DNA from: an uncultured virus (IMG/VR IMGVR_UViG_3300034272_002779)
Lineage: Duplodnaviria; Heunggongvirae; Uroviricota; Caudoviricetes
Length of the DNA stretch: 64,000 nt
Direction: 5' to 3' (one strand)
IMG/VR virus record: IMGVR_UViG_3300034272_002779
Part shown: positions 10,572 to 21,462 of the stretch, piece by piece
Numbering within the stretch: the first letter of the stretch is position 1
How the letters are laid out: each line of letters starts with the position of its first letter
Position numbers and translations under genes: made by a program
The notes under the pieces: model-generated
Told to the model about the DNA's origin: nothing
Databases searched by the model: none
Seen by the model: only the letters and a program-made list of their open reading frames with translations

Positions 10572-10675
10572 TAAATAACTAGAATAAAAGATCCGGAGTT
10601 TTCGCTTCGGATTTTTTTTGTGTTCTATTTTTATTTCCCGAGTTACTTTTTTATCTTTATGGTAAATTCAAAAAA

Positions 10676-10894
10676 ATGAAGGCAACCAAAAGCGAGAGAG
10701 TAGGGATAAAAATTTCCAAGCACGAGGTTTATTCGATAATCATAAATCATTTGGCATCAAAGGGATTTGAGGTTAATCACTGTTCTGCTATTATAGAAAC
10801 GGTATATGATGGGACTATGGGCGATACTGGAACCGAAGAGTTCATCGGATTAACCATAGTGGCCAATGAGAAAAAGGAGGAGTTTGAGATATGA
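10676..10894 (+). CDS. Hypothetical protein
   Basis: First ORF after early promoter at 10652. Confidence 0.65.
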   Translation: MKATKSERVGIKISKHEVYSIIINHLASKGFEVNHCSAIIETVYDGTMGDTGTEEFIGLTIVANEKKEEFEI

Positions 10895-11160
10895 AAACAA
10901 TTATTCACGTAAACCAACACAATATAAGGGCAAACTCTAAAGGTGAGAACAAGCCAGTGCTGACTTGCAAGACTTACAAGTCTAACGTTTACTGTAATGA
11001 GGCAATAGTATATGGACAAGACGGACTTCCCGCTGCAAGAATAGTATATTCTCCAGAAAAACCGCTATCCTGCGGAGCTAAGGTTTGGATAGAAACGTAT
11101 GGGGAAGTGAAAACAAACAGGGAAATTGAGATAATAGAAGAATCAAAGTGCATAATTTGA
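10891..11160 (+). CDS. Conserved phage hypothetical protein
   Basis: IHVNQHNIRAN...KPLSCGAKVWIET family motif. Confidence 0.75.
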   Translation: MKTIIHVNQHNIRANSKGENKPVLTCKTYKSNVYCNEAIVYGQDGLPAARIVYSPEKPLSCGAKVWIETYGEVKTNREIEIIEESKCII

Positions 11161-11174
11161 AATTAAAAGAGAAA

Positions 11175-11702
11175 ATGGAAAAGAAGATTGAGTATTTAGA
11201 ATTTAGTAAAACAGAGAAAGAAAATTCTGTGGAAGAGCTATTCTGTGGGGAATTGGAAAGAACTGGGAAGATAAACCCTCTTGATGAGGGCATGATGAAA
11301 TTGCTGGTCACCCTTGTTACAAACAAATCGGCTATCGATGAGATCTACGAGGATGCACGTAAGATGTCATTTCTAATTCCAATACTAGAGGATAGGTTAA
11401 AAACGATGAACCGAGAATTGGATAAGGCTGCTGCTATTTTCATCGGTCTTGCATGTCAAACACCAGGAGATTCCGTCATGTATTCATATTACATTGCTTA
11501 TCAGATGAAAAAGAAGGGAATTGGCAAAAAATTGACATTGGAAGAAATCTGTATGTCTATTTTCCCAAATGGTCTTTTTGATAGTGAATCAATGGATGAG
11601 ATTTGGGACAAACAGAAAGTTAATAGAGATGGATCAGGATCAGACAATCTCTTAGATTACAGGAAAGCTTCGGAAAGCTTAATATACGAAGCGAATGAGT
11701 AA
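11175..11702 (+). CDS. Hypothetical protein
   Basis: ORF in operon; ATG start chosen over upstream GTG. Confidence 0.65.
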   Translation: MEKKIEYLEFSKTEKENSVEELFCGELERTGKINPLDEGMMKLLVTLVTNKSAIDEIYEDARKMSFLIPILEDRLKTMNRELDKAAAIFIGLACQTPGDSVMYSYYIAYQMKKKGIGKKLTLEEICMSIFPNGLFDSESMDEIWDKQKVNRDGSGSDNLLDYRKASESLIYEANE

Positions 11703-12306
11703 AGTAAATAATTTTGATCTCATAAGGCCTCTGATAGTTTTTCCTGACGATCAGAGTTTCTATTTTCTCCAGATACTAAAGAGAAGAAAGGATAATCCTG
11801 ATCTAGAAAAGGATATGATCCATATAGCGGACTTCTACATCTACAGCACAGAGGAGTATGATAAGCTAAAACATCGGATTATTAAAATATGCGACAACGA
11901 GAATGCTAGAGCATACCTTAGACTTAACGTACGGGACTCAAAGAAGATCGCTATGCAGACTTTGAAGAGAATAGTGGACTACATATCATCTGAGAATTAT
12001 AAGGCCGTAAAGAAAGCGTATGCGTCCTGTACAGGTGAGTTCGGATCGTCATCCGACAAGACTTGGATAGTTGACATAGATAACGTCTCTATGGATTCTT
12101 TTGGTCACGCAGAAAAATACGCTAAGATCCGTGACTTCGTTTCTGATTTGCAGAGAGAAGCTGGAAAGGAACCGATGGTAGGGATCATACCAACTAAAAG
12201 CGGATTTCATCTCATCACCAGACCATTTAATCTGCAGAAATTCAAATCAGAGTATCCCGATATAGACGTTCATAAAGATAATCCAACAACTTTATATTGT
12301 CCATGA
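11695..12306 (+). CDS. Conserved phage protein (possible primase/AEP-like fold)
   Basis: FYFLQILKRRKDNP, WIVDID, PTKSGFHLITRPF; DxD plus GxH pattern. Confidence 0.6.
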   Translation: MSKVNNFDLIRPLIVFPDDQSFYFLQILKRRKDNPDLEKDMIHIADFYIYSTEEYDKLKHRIIKICDNENARAYLRLNVRDSKKIAMQTLKRIVDYISSENYKAVKKAYASCTGEFGSSSDKTWIVDIDNVSMDSFGHAEKYAKIRDFVSDLQREAGKEPMVGIIPTKSGFHLITRPFNLQKFKSEYPDIDVHKDNPTTLYCP

Positions 12307-13748
12307 AGGTAAAGGAAAAAGATAAAAGGATAGTAGATCTAAGTACACTGAATTCTGATCAGTTGAAAGCTTTTGAGACCCTTCGAGACTATCTCTCTGA
12401 TAAGGAGGATCAAAGTGTCTATGTTTTAAAAGGATGGGCAGGAACCGGTAAAACATACTGTATAAGCGTTCTCATCAGGTACGTGCTAGAGGTTATGTAC
12501 TCCTCACATGCATGGTATAAGGTAGCAGTGACTGGACCTACCAATAAATCAGTTAGAGTTATCAAAAAAACTGCGGGAATAAAAAATAGCAGGGTATCAT
12601 TTCAAACGGTACATAAGCTTCTAGGATTAAAAGAGAAGATTACTCAGGATGGACAACAGGTTTTCGAGAACGATGGATTTCTTAAACCTGGAATAAACTC
12701 CATAAAGCTTCTGGTCATAGATGAGGTTTCCATGCTAAACGATGATCTATTTCAGAAGATTATAAAATATCGGGGTAAATTAAAGATTATCTGTATGGGA
12801 GATCCAGCTCAGATCCCTCCTGTGGGAAGACCTGACTGCATACCTTTTAGAGATGAATTGGCTGATTTTTATAACATCAAGACCATACAGTTAAAAAAGG
12901 TCATGAGGCAAAAGGATGGAAATTCAATTATAGGCGTCTCGGTAAGGATTAGATCGGATCTTGGTTCAACCCAACAGGTAGCTCCGGAGAATTTAATAAA
13001 TGACAGGGGGGAAGGAGTAGAATTTCTAAACCTGAACAGCGATAATATTCGTAAGGAATTTTCCAAAATACTAGAGGGATATTTTAAAACTAAGGAGTTT
13101 GAAAGAGATTCTGAATATGCTAAGATTATAGCATGGAGAAATAAGACCGTATCATCGATGAACTCTCTTATTAGGAAAGTTATTTATGGAGACGAGTCAT
13201 TGAGTTCCAAGATATTAGTTGGGGAAAAACTTATAGCAAATACTCCAATAATAGAAGGGGAGTCGATCATCTTTAATACAAATGACGAATTTACCGTAGA
13301 GAAATTTGAGATTAAAAGTAAGGATCATAGATTTAAAATATCAGACGATCCAGACGAGGAACTTTTCGGTATAAGTTTGAAATACTACAGTACAACGGTG
13401 TCTTATTTTAACGAGGACGATGAGCTGGAGAGAAAGGTAATTCAGATCCTCCACGAAGATAGTGAGAGCGATTTCAACAAACTAGCTAACATACTGAAAC
13501 TTAGAGCTATTAGAAAGTCTGGTAAGGATAAGACATGGATTCAGTATTATAACTTCCTCCGAAGATTTGCTGATGCGAGTTACGCATACGCAATAACATG
13601 TCACAAATCTCAGGGAAGCACATATAACACAGCATTTGTTCTAGAGGATGATATCAATATGAACTTCGATATTGTCGAAAGAAATAGAATAAAATACACA
13701 GCCTATACAAGGGCGAGCAAAAAAGTTTACGTACTAAAAAGATTTTAA
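12303..13748 (+). CDS. SF1B DNA helicase (Dda/RecD-like)
   Basis: GWAGTGKT, IDEVSM, GDPAQIPPV, YAITCHKSQGST, YTAYTRA. Confidence 0.9.
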   Translation: MKVKEKDKRIVDLSTLNSDQLKAFETLRDYLSDKEDQSVYVLKGWAGTGKTYCISVLIRYVLEVMYSSHAWYKVAVTGPTNKSVRVIKKTAGIKNSRVSFQTVHKLLGLKEKITQDGQQVFENDGFLKPGINSIKLLVIDEVSMLNDDLFQKIIKYRGKLKIICMGDPAQIPPVGRPDCIPFRDELADFYNIKTIQLKKVMRQKDGNSIIGVSVRIRSDLGSTQQVAPENLINDRGEGVEFLNLNSDNIRKEFSKILEGYFKTKEFERDSEYAKIIAWRNKTVSSMNSLIRKVIYGDESLSSKILVGEKLIANTPIIEGESIIFNTNDEFTVEKFEIKSKDHRFKISDDPDEELFGISLKYYSTTVSYFNEDDELERKVIQILHEDSESDFNKLANILKLRAIRKSGKDKTWIQYYNFLRRFADASYAYAITCHKSQGSTYNTAFVLEDDINMNFDIVERNRIKYTAYTRASKKVYVLKRF

Positions 13749-13749
13749 T

Positions 13750-14217
13750 ATGTTGGTAGATTTATCAAAGTCAGAACAGGAAGTTCTGAATGGAATTAGA
13801 AATTCAGAACAGTATAACAATAAGGATTTCTCGGGTAATTATTTCAGACTTTCCGGAGAGTTAGGTATGGTTGTCGGAGCAGCAAAAATTTATATTCTGG
13901 ATAACTATGGGAAGGTAAAGGACTATTCGGATCTGGGTTTAATTCTTAGATGCGCTAACCACGAAGGAACAAAATATTTCGGAAAGAAGAGGGAGAGAAG
14001 ATCTAAGAAGGAGGGTTCAGGTAGCAGGGTGATATCCGAAATGATGAGGGAATTAGACAAGGAGAGAATCGAGATAAAGGAGTTCAACAAAGCTGTTTAT
14101 GATTGGTCAGATGGGGATTTTTCGGTTGTTTTCAATGGGGTTTCATACAATTGGATAGATTCCATGAGCATTATAGAGATTGCTTCCTATATTGAAGAGA
14201 GAATTAAAGGAGAATAA
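13750..14217 (+). CDS. Hypothetical protein
   Basis: 155 aa ORF in operon. Confidence 0.65.
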   Translation: MLVDLSKSEQEVLNGIRNSEQYNNKDFSGNYFRLSGELGMVVGAAKIYILDNYGKVKDYSDLGLILRCANHEGTKYFGKKRERRSKKEGSGSRVISEMMRELDKERIEIKEFNKAVYDWSDGDFSVVFNGVSYNWIDSMSIIEIASYIEERIKGE

Positions 14218-14236
14218 CGATCTAAAAATATCATGG

Positions 14237-14755
14237 ATGGAAACACCAAAAAAGAAATACCACTCTAAAATTCACGGAGCCTCCTTATTCCCCGATCTGG
14301 TATTAGTTCACTATGGATCATCCAAATATAAGTCCGAACTATTCAGAGAGGTAAAAAACGAGAACTGGGTTAAGCCCAGAGGAGGTTTATGGACATCTCC
14401 ACTAAAATCTAACTGGGGATGGAAAGATTGGTGCTTGGCAGAAAACTTTAGAACTTGCGATGAATCGGATAGCTTTAATCTTAAATTTAAAGATGAGGCC
14501 AAAATATTGGTTATAGATAGTCTGCAAGATCTGGAAATGATCCCAAAATCTAAAGTAGCATACAGTAAAAGGTTTTCTAAGGAGTATCCAGATTTCGAGT
14601 TATTAGCAAAAGAGTGTGACGCAATATGGCTAACAGAGAGTGGACAGAGAGAAACCCATTTATCCCACCCACTATCTCTATATGGATGGGACTGCGAAAG
14701 TGTACTTATTCTTAACCCGAATTGTTGTTATGAAGTCACATCTACTCTAATTTAA
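14237..14755 (+). CDS. Conserved hypothetical protein
   Basis: KPRGGLWTSP...LYGWDCESVLILNP motif. Confidence 0.7.
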   Translation: METPKKKYHSKIHGASLFPDLVLVHYGSSKYKSELFREVKNENWVKPRGGLWTSPLKSNWGWKDWCLAENFRTCDESDSFNLKFKDEAKILVIDSLQDLEMIPKSKVAYSKRFSKEYPDFELLAKECDAIWLTESGQRETHLSHPLSLYGWDCESVLILNPNCCYEVTSTLI

Positions 14756-14805
14756 TTTTTTTCCCCGTACAATTATATTATCTTTGTGATTGTAAAATCT
14801 AACAG

Positions 14806-15879
14806 ATGAAATACGATCTCAAAATATTAAATGATTATATCGAAAGAGGGATGCTGGAAAGGAATCCACATCCTTATCTTTCTATAGACATTTACAACTA
14901 TACAAGAGATTGTCAGTTCACCCAAAGCTGGGACGATATAACTCTGAATATGAGAGGTACAGTACTAGATCTGGAGGGTAACGTCGTAGCAAGAACTTTT
15001 CCTAAGTTCTTTAATATGGAAGAACATACGCCAGATCAAATCCCTTCGGAGCCTTTTGACGTGTTCGAGAAAATGGACGGATCATTGGGAATTCTTTTTC
15101 ATTATGACAGCGATTGGCATTTGGCAACTCGAGGTTCGTTCGTCTCTGATCAGGCAGTAAAAGGAAAGGGGATACTCTCGAAATATAAATACCAAGATCT
15201 AGATCCCGGATGCACCTATTTATTTGAGATCATATATTCGGAAAACAGAATAGTTGTTAGCTACGATTACGAGGACCTAGTTCTTCTTGCTATAATAGAC
15301 AACCAGACTGGATACGAGTATGATATACACAACGTTCTTTTTAGAGACTTTGAGGATGCTGGCTTTAAGATAGTTAAGAAATACAATGGAATAGATGACT
15401 ATAAGGAGCTTAAAAAGATAATCCCAGATAATTCAGAGGGATTTGTTATTAAGTTCGTCTCAGGCTTTAGAATGAAGATTAAAGGGGAAGAATATGTTAG
15501 ACTCCATAGACTTATTACTAATTTCTCCAATGTTGATATATGGGAGGTACTAAAAGAAGGCAAGAATTTAGAAGATTTTCTGGACAAAGTACCCGATGAA
15601 TTCGACTCTTGGGTAAAGAGGACAATGAATTCTATTTTAACAAATTACCAGAGAATAGAATCACAGGTTGGTAAAATCTATGAGTATCACATGTTCGGTA
15701 AATTTGGCGACAAAGAGCCAGAGACTGACAAGAAAAAATACGCTGAGTGGGTAAAGGAACGGGATCCTAAAATTCAGCCCATATTATTTAAGATGTTTGA
15801 CGGCGGAGACTATTCCAAATATCTATGGAGATTAGTTAGGCCAGAATACCAAAAACCATTTTGGAATAAAGAGGATTAA
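14806..15879 (+). CDS. RNA ligase, T4 Rnl1 (RnlA) family
   Basis: FPKFFN, EKMDGSLG (motif I), ATRGSF, FEIIY, EGFVI, MKIKGEEY. Confidence 0.9.
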   Translation: MKYDLKILNDYIERGMLERNPHPYLSIDIYNYTRDCQFTQSWDDITLNMRGTVLDLEGNVVARTFPKFFNMEEHTPDQIPSEPFDVFEKMDGSLGILFHYDSDWHLATRGSFVSDQAVKGKGILSKYKYQDLDPGCTYLFEIIYSENRIVVSYDYEDLVLLAIIDNQTGYEYDIHNVLFRDFEDAGFKIVKKYNGIDDYKELKKIIPDNSEGFVIKFVSGFRMKIKGEEYVRLHRLITNFSNVDIWEVLKEGKNLEDFLDKVPDEFDSWVKRTMNSILTNYQRIESQVGKIYEYHMFGKFGDKEPETDKKKYAEWVKERDPKIQPILFKMFDGGDYSKYLWRLVRPEYQKPFWNKED

Positions 15880-15880
15880 T

Positions 15881-16522
15881 ATGAAAATAATACTAGCAAA
15901 AAATCAAAGACTATTCTTTACCTCAGATACACACTACAATCACACTAATATATGTAGGGGTATTTCTAATTGGGACGGAAGAAGGGGAACAAGAGATTTT
16001 AATTCCCTTGATGAAATGAATGCCTCAATTATCGATGGAATAAATTCCACTGTAGGAGAGGATGACGTTTTGGTTCACTTGGGGGATTGGAGTTTCGGTG
16101 GGTTTGATTCAATATCTGAATTCCGAGAAAAAATAAATTGTAAGAACGTTATTCTTTTCCTAGGAAACCACGATCATCATATCCGACGAAACAAAGAGGA
16201 GATCCAAAAAATATTCGCTAACGTTACAGATTATGATGTATTGGATGTTCGTGTTCCTGAGGGTAAGGAAACCAAAAAATATCAATTTGTCTGTTCACAC
16301 TATCCTATAGCTAGCTGGGATGGGATGGGAAAGGGTGTACCTCATTTGCATGGACATGTACACCTTCCCCCACATCTCCGATTACATGAGGGTAAAGCGA
16401 TGGATGTTGGTATGGATGGGAACAACCTAATTCCTCATTTAATGGAGGACATTTTGGAAATGCTGAGTGGCCGACCGAATAAGTATCTGGTTTTACCTAA
16501 AGATCATCACACTGAAATTTAA
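15881..16522 (+). CDS. Calcineurin-like metallophosphoesterase
   Basis: SDTHYNH, HLGD, GNHD, SHYP, HGHVH, DVGMDG. Confidence 0.88.
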   Translation: MKIILAKNQRLFFTSDTHYNHTNICRGISNWDGRRGTRDFNSLDEMNASIIDGINSTVGEDDVLVHLGDWSFGGFDSISEFREKINCKNVILFLGNHDHHIRRNKEEIQKIFANVTDYDVLDVRVPEGKETKKYQFVCSHYPIASWDGMGKGVPHLHGHVHLPPHLRLHEGKAMDVGMDGNNLIPHLMEDILEMLSGRPNKYLVLPKDHHTEI

Positions 16523-16680
16523 AAAAAGTTATGCTAGAATACAATGTTGCCGTAAGAAGGTTTTATATTTGGAGGTTAGAACTATGGTGGATCGCTTTCG
16601 ATTCACCCAGATTCTATCCAGAGGGTAGAACCCATCTAAAAGGTAATTGGTTCTGGAGAAATAGAAAAAAATAAAAAATA

Positions 16681-17133
16681 ATGGAAAAGACAAATTCTAG
16701 AAACGAGAACTCTGACGTTCTAAAGCCTACCCTCTTTATAGTGAGAGGTATACCAGGCTCTGGTAAATCTACATTTGCGAATCACATCTGGAACGAATAT
16801 GCAATCTGCGAGGCAGATAAGTTCTTCTATGACAAAGAGGGAAACTACAACTTCGATGTCTCTAGATTAAGAGAAGCCCACGAATGGTGCAGAAAAGAAG
16901 TAGAGACTAGAATGCAGGACAATAAGGTCAATCCTCAGTTTTATCCGGAGATAGTAGTCTCCAATACATCCACTCAGGAGTGGGAGATGAAAGCATACTT
17001 TGATCTTGCCGAGAGATACGGGTATCGCGTGGTTTCCCTAATAGTTGAGAACAGACATGGTGCTAAAAACACCCACAATGTTCCTGATGAGGTATTGGAT
17101 AACATGAGAAGTAGATTTGAGATTAAGCTATAA
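16681..17133 (+). CDS. P-loop kinase (AAA_33, polynucleotide kinase-like)
   Basis: RGIPGSGKST, EADKFF, VSNT, NTHNVP. Confidence 0.82.
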   Translation: MEKTNSRNENSDVLKPTLFIVRGIPGSGKSTFANHIWNEYAICEADKFFYDKEGNYNFDVSRLREAHEWCRKEVETRMQDNKVNPQFYPEIVVSNTSTQEWEMKAYFDLAERYGYRVVSLIVENRHGAKNTHNVPDEVLDNMRSRFEIKL

Positions 17134-17191
17134 GAATAAAGAGGGTAAGATACCAGTATAAAAAGTAAAAATAAAAAGGGAAAGAAAGAAT

Positions 17192-17590
17192 ATGAGCGAA
17201 CTCAGGATAAAAAAGCAAACAGTAAAGTACAGCGATTTCAAAATTAATTTCATAAAAATACAAAATAAGAAAGATATAGAGAGAAAGATATCCAGATCAC
17301 TGGAGGATGTATCATTTTTGATAACCTCTCTACTTTTCGAAATGCCCACAAAAAATACACTTCAGAAGCTGGCTAAAAGAATGGAACCATTGTTTTTACC
17401 GGACGATAAGAAATACAAAATAGAGCTAGTGGTTTCGGATGATAGCAGTAAGGGTCTTCCTGCATATTGGACTAATCTTGGATTCGAGGCCTATGTAAAG
17501 GACATAGAAAATAGAAACAGATTCGAGTTTCTGGACTATATTATAATGAAGGAGAAAGTCTCCGAAGTTGAAAACTGGATAAAGTTATAA
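17192..17590 (+). CDS. Hypothetical protein
   Basis: 132 aa ORF. Confidence 0.6.
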   Translation: MSELRIKKQTVKYSDFKINFIKIQNKKDIERKISRSLEDVSFLITSLLFEMPTKNTLQKLAKRMEPLFLPDDKKYKIELVVSDDSSKGLPAYWTNLGFEAYVKDIENRNRFEFLDYIIMKEKVSEVENWIKL

Positions 17591-17591
17591 A

Positions 17592-17999
17592 ATGTACAAT
17601 CTTTTTTTAGATGACTTCAGACACCCCTACGACTGCGTAGCATACATGGTGGATCCAATTAAATACGCAAAGTGGAACTGGGTAATCGTAAGAAGTCATG
17701 ACGAGTTCGTGAAAAAAATCGAGGAGGATGGTTTACCCATTTTAATCTCGTTTGATCATGATCTAGCGGACGAACATTATGACAATTCAATGTACCAAGG
17801 GGTGGATGAATATAATAAGAAGTACGATCATTTTAAAGAAAAAACGGGTCTAGATTGTGCTAAGTGGTTGACTGAACACTGCATGGACACCAACCAGAAA
17901 CTTCCCGAGTTTGAGATCCACTCAATGAATCCAGCTGGTGGGGAGAATATAAGATCGCTGCTGATGAGTTTTAAGAAATTTCAGAATAGCGAAATTTAG
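17592..17999 (+). CDS. Cyclic-phosphate processing receiver-like domain protein
   Basis: LFLDDFRHP, ISFDHDL, TGLDCAKWL, IHSMNPAG. Confidence 0.8.
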   Translation: MYNLFLDDFRHPYDCVAYMVDPIKYAKWNWVIVRSHDEFVKKIEEDGLPILISFDHDLADEHYDNSMYQGVDEYNKKYDHFKEKTGLDCAKWLTEHCMDTNQKLPEFEIHSMNPAGGENIRSLLMSFKKFQNSEI

Positions 18000-18152
18000 T
18001 AATTTTAAAAAATCAAACTTATGTCGGAATTAATCGAAATATCAAATTATCTGCTACTGAATTATTGGTGGATAATCGTACCTTCAGCTTTCGTATTTGG
18101 ATGTGCTGCTGCATATCTAGAATGTAAAATAACAAATAACTGTAAATAAAAA

Positions 18153-18824
18153 ATGGACGTCAATAAAGAATTTGAGAAATATTCTCTCAGCGAAGGTATA
18201 AGTTCTCTTAGCCTTGATTATTATAAAAAACAAATTGAGTCATCAATGACCCCGATGATTCTGGAGGAAAGAGAATTAAGAGTTACCCAGATGACGGTCT
18301 TCGATCGATTAATGATGGATAGGATCCTCTGGGTTGCAGGCCCCGTCAACGATAGAATGTCTACAGTTGTTCAAGCTCAATTGATGTTCTTATCTTCTTT
18401 CGATGCCAAGAAAGACATTACGATGCACATAGACTCACCCGGAGGATCGGTGAAGTCCGGATTAAGTATAGTTGATGTTATGCAATACATAAAACCGGAC
18501 ATCATCACAGTTAACACCGGTATGGCAGCTTCAATGGGATCTGTACTTTTAGGTGCGGGGACAAAGGGTAAAAGATCTTCACTTAGATTTAGTAAGGTGA
18601 TGCTTCATCAATCCAGCGGCGGATTCAGAGGAAACATTCAGGATGCAGAGGTTGACTGGAAAGAATGGAAAGAGGTGAATCAGATTCTATTTGATCTTCT
18701 TGGAGAATTTTGCGATAAGGATCCTGAGGTAGTTAAGAACGATGCAACCAGAGATTTCTGGCTAAGCTCGGCCGAAGCAGTAGAATATGGAATTATAGAC
18801 GAGGTGATTAAGTCACAGAAATAG
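18153..18824 (+). CDS. clpP: ATP-dependent Clp protease proteolytic subunit
   Basis: IDSPGGSV, GMAASMGS, MLHQ, RDFWLS, YGIIDEV; N-terminus resembles Bacteroidota ClpP. Confidence 0.93.
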   Translation: MDVNKEFEKYSLSEGISSLSLDYYKKQIESSMTPMILEERELRVTQMTVFDRLMMDRILWVAGPVNDRMSTVVQAQLMFLSSFDAKKDITMHIDSPGGSVKSGLSIVDVMQYIKPDIITVNTGMAASMGSVLLGAGTKGKRSSLRFSKVMLHQSSGGFRGNIQDAEVDWKEWKEVNQILFDLLGEFCDKDPEVVKNDATRDFWLSSAEAVEYGIIDEVIKSQK

Positions 18825-19045
18825 TTAATTTCTCTTTGTTATAGCAACTCTAAACGATAAATATCGTGTATAAAAACAGTTGCTAATGGAAAGGGATAGA
18901 GATCCGGTCGGTATTTTTGTAGTTTCACTACTAGTTTCATTGCTTTATATTTTCGGAACGGTTAGCAAAAAAGAGAAAGATGCTATGAACTTAAAAAATG
19001 ATAGCATCAGGAAAGAAAATAAGCGTAAAGAAAAATATATACAGC

Positions 19046-19732
19046 ATGAAGAATATACTAGACTTTAATCAGTTCAGTGAGATCAACGAGGCATATAAGC
19101 CATCCAGTGGGATGGATTATGTGAAGAATATGATAAAAGGTGGTGTAAAATCAGCAGCAGATTTTCTTAAAAAACCTAAGGTTGTCAAAAAAACCCCCAT
19201 CGATAATTCGGAATATTGGACTCTAATAACTATAATGGCATGTGAGAATTTCTCAGATCAAAAACAAGGTATGTCCGATACAGCCCAATCAATCTACAAT
19301 AGATTAGCAGTTCCAAATAAACCTTACGGAAAAACGATTAAGGAGATAATTCTTGCTAAGGGACAATATGAGCCGGTTAGTGTAGGTAAAAAAAGAGGAG
19401 CAGATTGGAATAACATAAACTCAAAAGAGAAGGCTATAACGGTATACATGAAAACCAAAAAGCTAGACAGAAATAAAGCCACCGCTGCCATTAATAACGC
19501 TATATTGGCTCAAAAAGATCCAAAATTGGCTAAGGAAGCTGGAAAGCACGTTCAATCCAGAACGGAGTTCTTAGCTGATAAACCAAAAAGCGGAGGAGCA
19601 GCTAAACCAGTAGAGAGACAAAGTCCTAAGACTAACAATGCCTTTTTCTGGAACTATGCAGGAAAAACTAGATTCTATTCTAAGAATGATTTAGCTCCTA
19701 AGCCTAAACCAGGAAACGTTAACGTAGCTTAA
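19046..19732 (+). CDS. Cell wall hydrolase (SleB/Hydrolase_2-like) with capsid-targeting-like leader
   Basis: MACE...AQSIYNR...IILAKGQYEP; start at MKNILDFNQFSEINE after AATATATA at ~19034. Confidence 0.7.
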   Translation: MKNILDFNQFSEINEAYKPSSGMDYVKNMIKGGVKSAADFLKKPKVVKKTPIDNSEYWTLITIMACENFSDQKQGMSDTAQSIYNRLAVPNKPYGKTIKEIILAKGQYEPVSVGKKRGADWNNINSKEKAITVYMKTKKLDRNKATAAINNAILAQKDPKLAKEAGKHVQSRTEFLADKPKSGGAAKPVERQSPKTNNAFFWNYAGKTRFYSKNDLAPKPKPGNVNVA

Positions 19733-20307
19733 TCCTTTTTATCTTTCATGTTTTTTCTAGCTCTTTTATAAAGAGCCTTATCTGACATTTCAGTAGTTCT
19801 CCCGCCGGTTACAAATGAGTTCACTCGTGCAAATGCCCACTGTTGTGGGGTAGTTCCTGGAACATGTCCAGTTTTCCAAGCTGCATACCCTCTGCTCCAG
19901 ACTTGTTTCAATATACCGAGCGGGAATCCAGTCTTATCAGATTTTTTCTTCAAAGCTTTATAGACTGGTGAATTCTTACCCATTTTTTCATTTAGAATCT
20001 CTTCGGTTAAAGAATCATCCTCCAAAACTATCTCCTCAAATACATTATCTGGAATATTAGAAAAATCTTCATATGATAATACCATACCTTCCGTATCATC
20101 GTCTTCCTCGAACATCTCCTTATACTTCTTGGTGTATTTACTAGGTTTAGTTTCTACTGGTTTACCCTTACCTGCCTTTCTACTTTTATAATCAGCATCC
20201 CAAGGACCATAAGCTGAAGAATCATTATCCGATTTATCCGCATGTTTCTTGATTTCCCTCTTCATAACTTCGGGATTAGTTTTTAAGTATTTCTTTGGAA
20301 GTTTCAT
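19729..20307 (-). CDS. DUF5824-like protein
   Basis: LKKKSDKTG..LKQVWSRGYAAWKTGH.PG.TPQQWAFARVNSF. Confidence 0.65.
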   Translation of the reverse strand: MKLPKKYLKTNPEVMKREIKKHADKSDNDSSAYGPWDADYKSRKAGKGKPVETKPSKYTKKYKEMFEEDDDTEGMVLSYEDFSNIPDNVFEEIVLEDDSLTEEILNEKMGKNSPVYKALKKKSDKTGFPLGILKQVWSRGYAAWKTGHVPGTTPQQWAFARVNSFVTGGRTTEMSDKALYKRARKNMKDKKD

Positions 20308-20308
20308 A

Positions 20309-21397
20309 TTATTTAAGATATCCTTTTAGTTGACTTGGTCGATTAGTCATGATTAGACTAGGTTTTATGTTTTTAACTATTTTTTCCCATGCTGTCTTAG
20401 AATCTCCTCTGTAAGAAGCACCGTTTGTATTTTTGGTTCCTCCTACCGCAACTACCATGGGATAAACACCCTTAGTTCTCAGAGAATCCGACATATATCC
20501 ATTAAGTATATAGGAGTCAGAGTCACTGAACTGATATTCGAAAAACCCCGGGGTTGTTTTTGATACTATATCATCAGCCGAGATCTTAGATTTTATTTTC
20601 CCCACATTAGTGGTGGGGAGAATGGGCATCCATTTGATACCCATTGTCTTAACTATGGATGGAGGATAGTATGATTGACCCTTTGCTACTATTTGATTTT
20701 CTATCCCTCTAAGCATTCCAATTTTATTGATCACTGACAATTCTTTAGCGTCGCATTTATCTAATTGTAGCATTGTTTTGGATGAGTATTTTTTTATAAG
20801 ATTCACAACATCCTGAAGGGAACATATTTTCTGGGATGGGTCGGAATTATAAGAAATCACTTTAACCTGGCTCCAATTCAGATTCTGTATCTTTCCTTTA
20901 CCATTAGTTTTAGAATCAAGACGGGAGTCATGGAAAAGAACAGGAACACCATCGGCTGTTATTTGTATATCTATTTCTATCATGTCTATCTTGGCCTTGA
21001 TATTCTCCTCGATGTTCTTTAGACAATTCTCTGCCTTGGATGCACCGGGACCATCCCATTTACCAGCATGTGAGCAGATCATAGTTGATGTGTTCGTGGA
21101 AGGAATAAAGTCCTGTTTATTACCTGGTGTTAAATTAGTAGCCGTATTTGTAGGTGTATTTGTAGGTGTGTTGGAATAAGTTGTTTGCTGGGCTACTTTT
21201 TTTCTAGCCTGTGGATGTCTAGAATCAAGAATGTCCGTTGCCGTCTGGTTACCTGATAAGGACTTCCAGTCCTTTATATCTTTACCCTTGGTCATCCATA
21301 CGTTATTAATCACTTTGTATTGATACGGATCTCCTGGGGTTTTATAGATCTTCTCAGATTCTAAAATAAACTCGTTAAATTCTAAGATTATTCTCAT
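20309..21397 (-). CDS. Glycerophosphodiester phosphodiesterase (GDPD) with capsid-targeting-like leader
   Basis: SHAG, AEN, IEIDIQITADGVPVLFHD, IMTNRP; leader MRIILEFNEFILE. Confidence 0.82.
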   Translation of the reverse strand: MRIILEFNEFILESEKIYKTPGDPYQYKVINNVWMTKGKDIKDWKSLSGNQTATDILDSRHPQARKKVAQQTTYSNTPTNTPTNTATNLTPGNKQDFIPSTNTSTMICSHAGKWDGPGASKAENCLKNIEENIKAKIDMIEIDIQITADGVPVLFHDSRLDSKTNGKGKIQNLNWSQVKVISYNSDPSQKICSLQDVVNLIKKYSSKTMLQLDKCDAKELSVINKIGMLRGIENQIVAKGQSYYPPSIVKTMGIKWMPILPTTNVGKIKSKISADDIVSKTTPGFFEYQFSDSDSYILNGYMSDSLRTKGVYPMVVAVGGTKNTNGASYRGDSKTAWEKIVKNIKPSLIMTNRPSQLKGYLK

Positions 21398-21462
21398 AGT
21401 TTATATATCCTTAATTTTTTATTACCGTCTTCCTGGATTACTTTTATGAAAAAAAAAACGAT

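Noticed and set aside
18880..19068. 62-aa ORF, and the 18998 start for the SleB-like gene
   Set aside because: The late motif and leader place the real start at 19046; the small TTG-start ORF is uncertain
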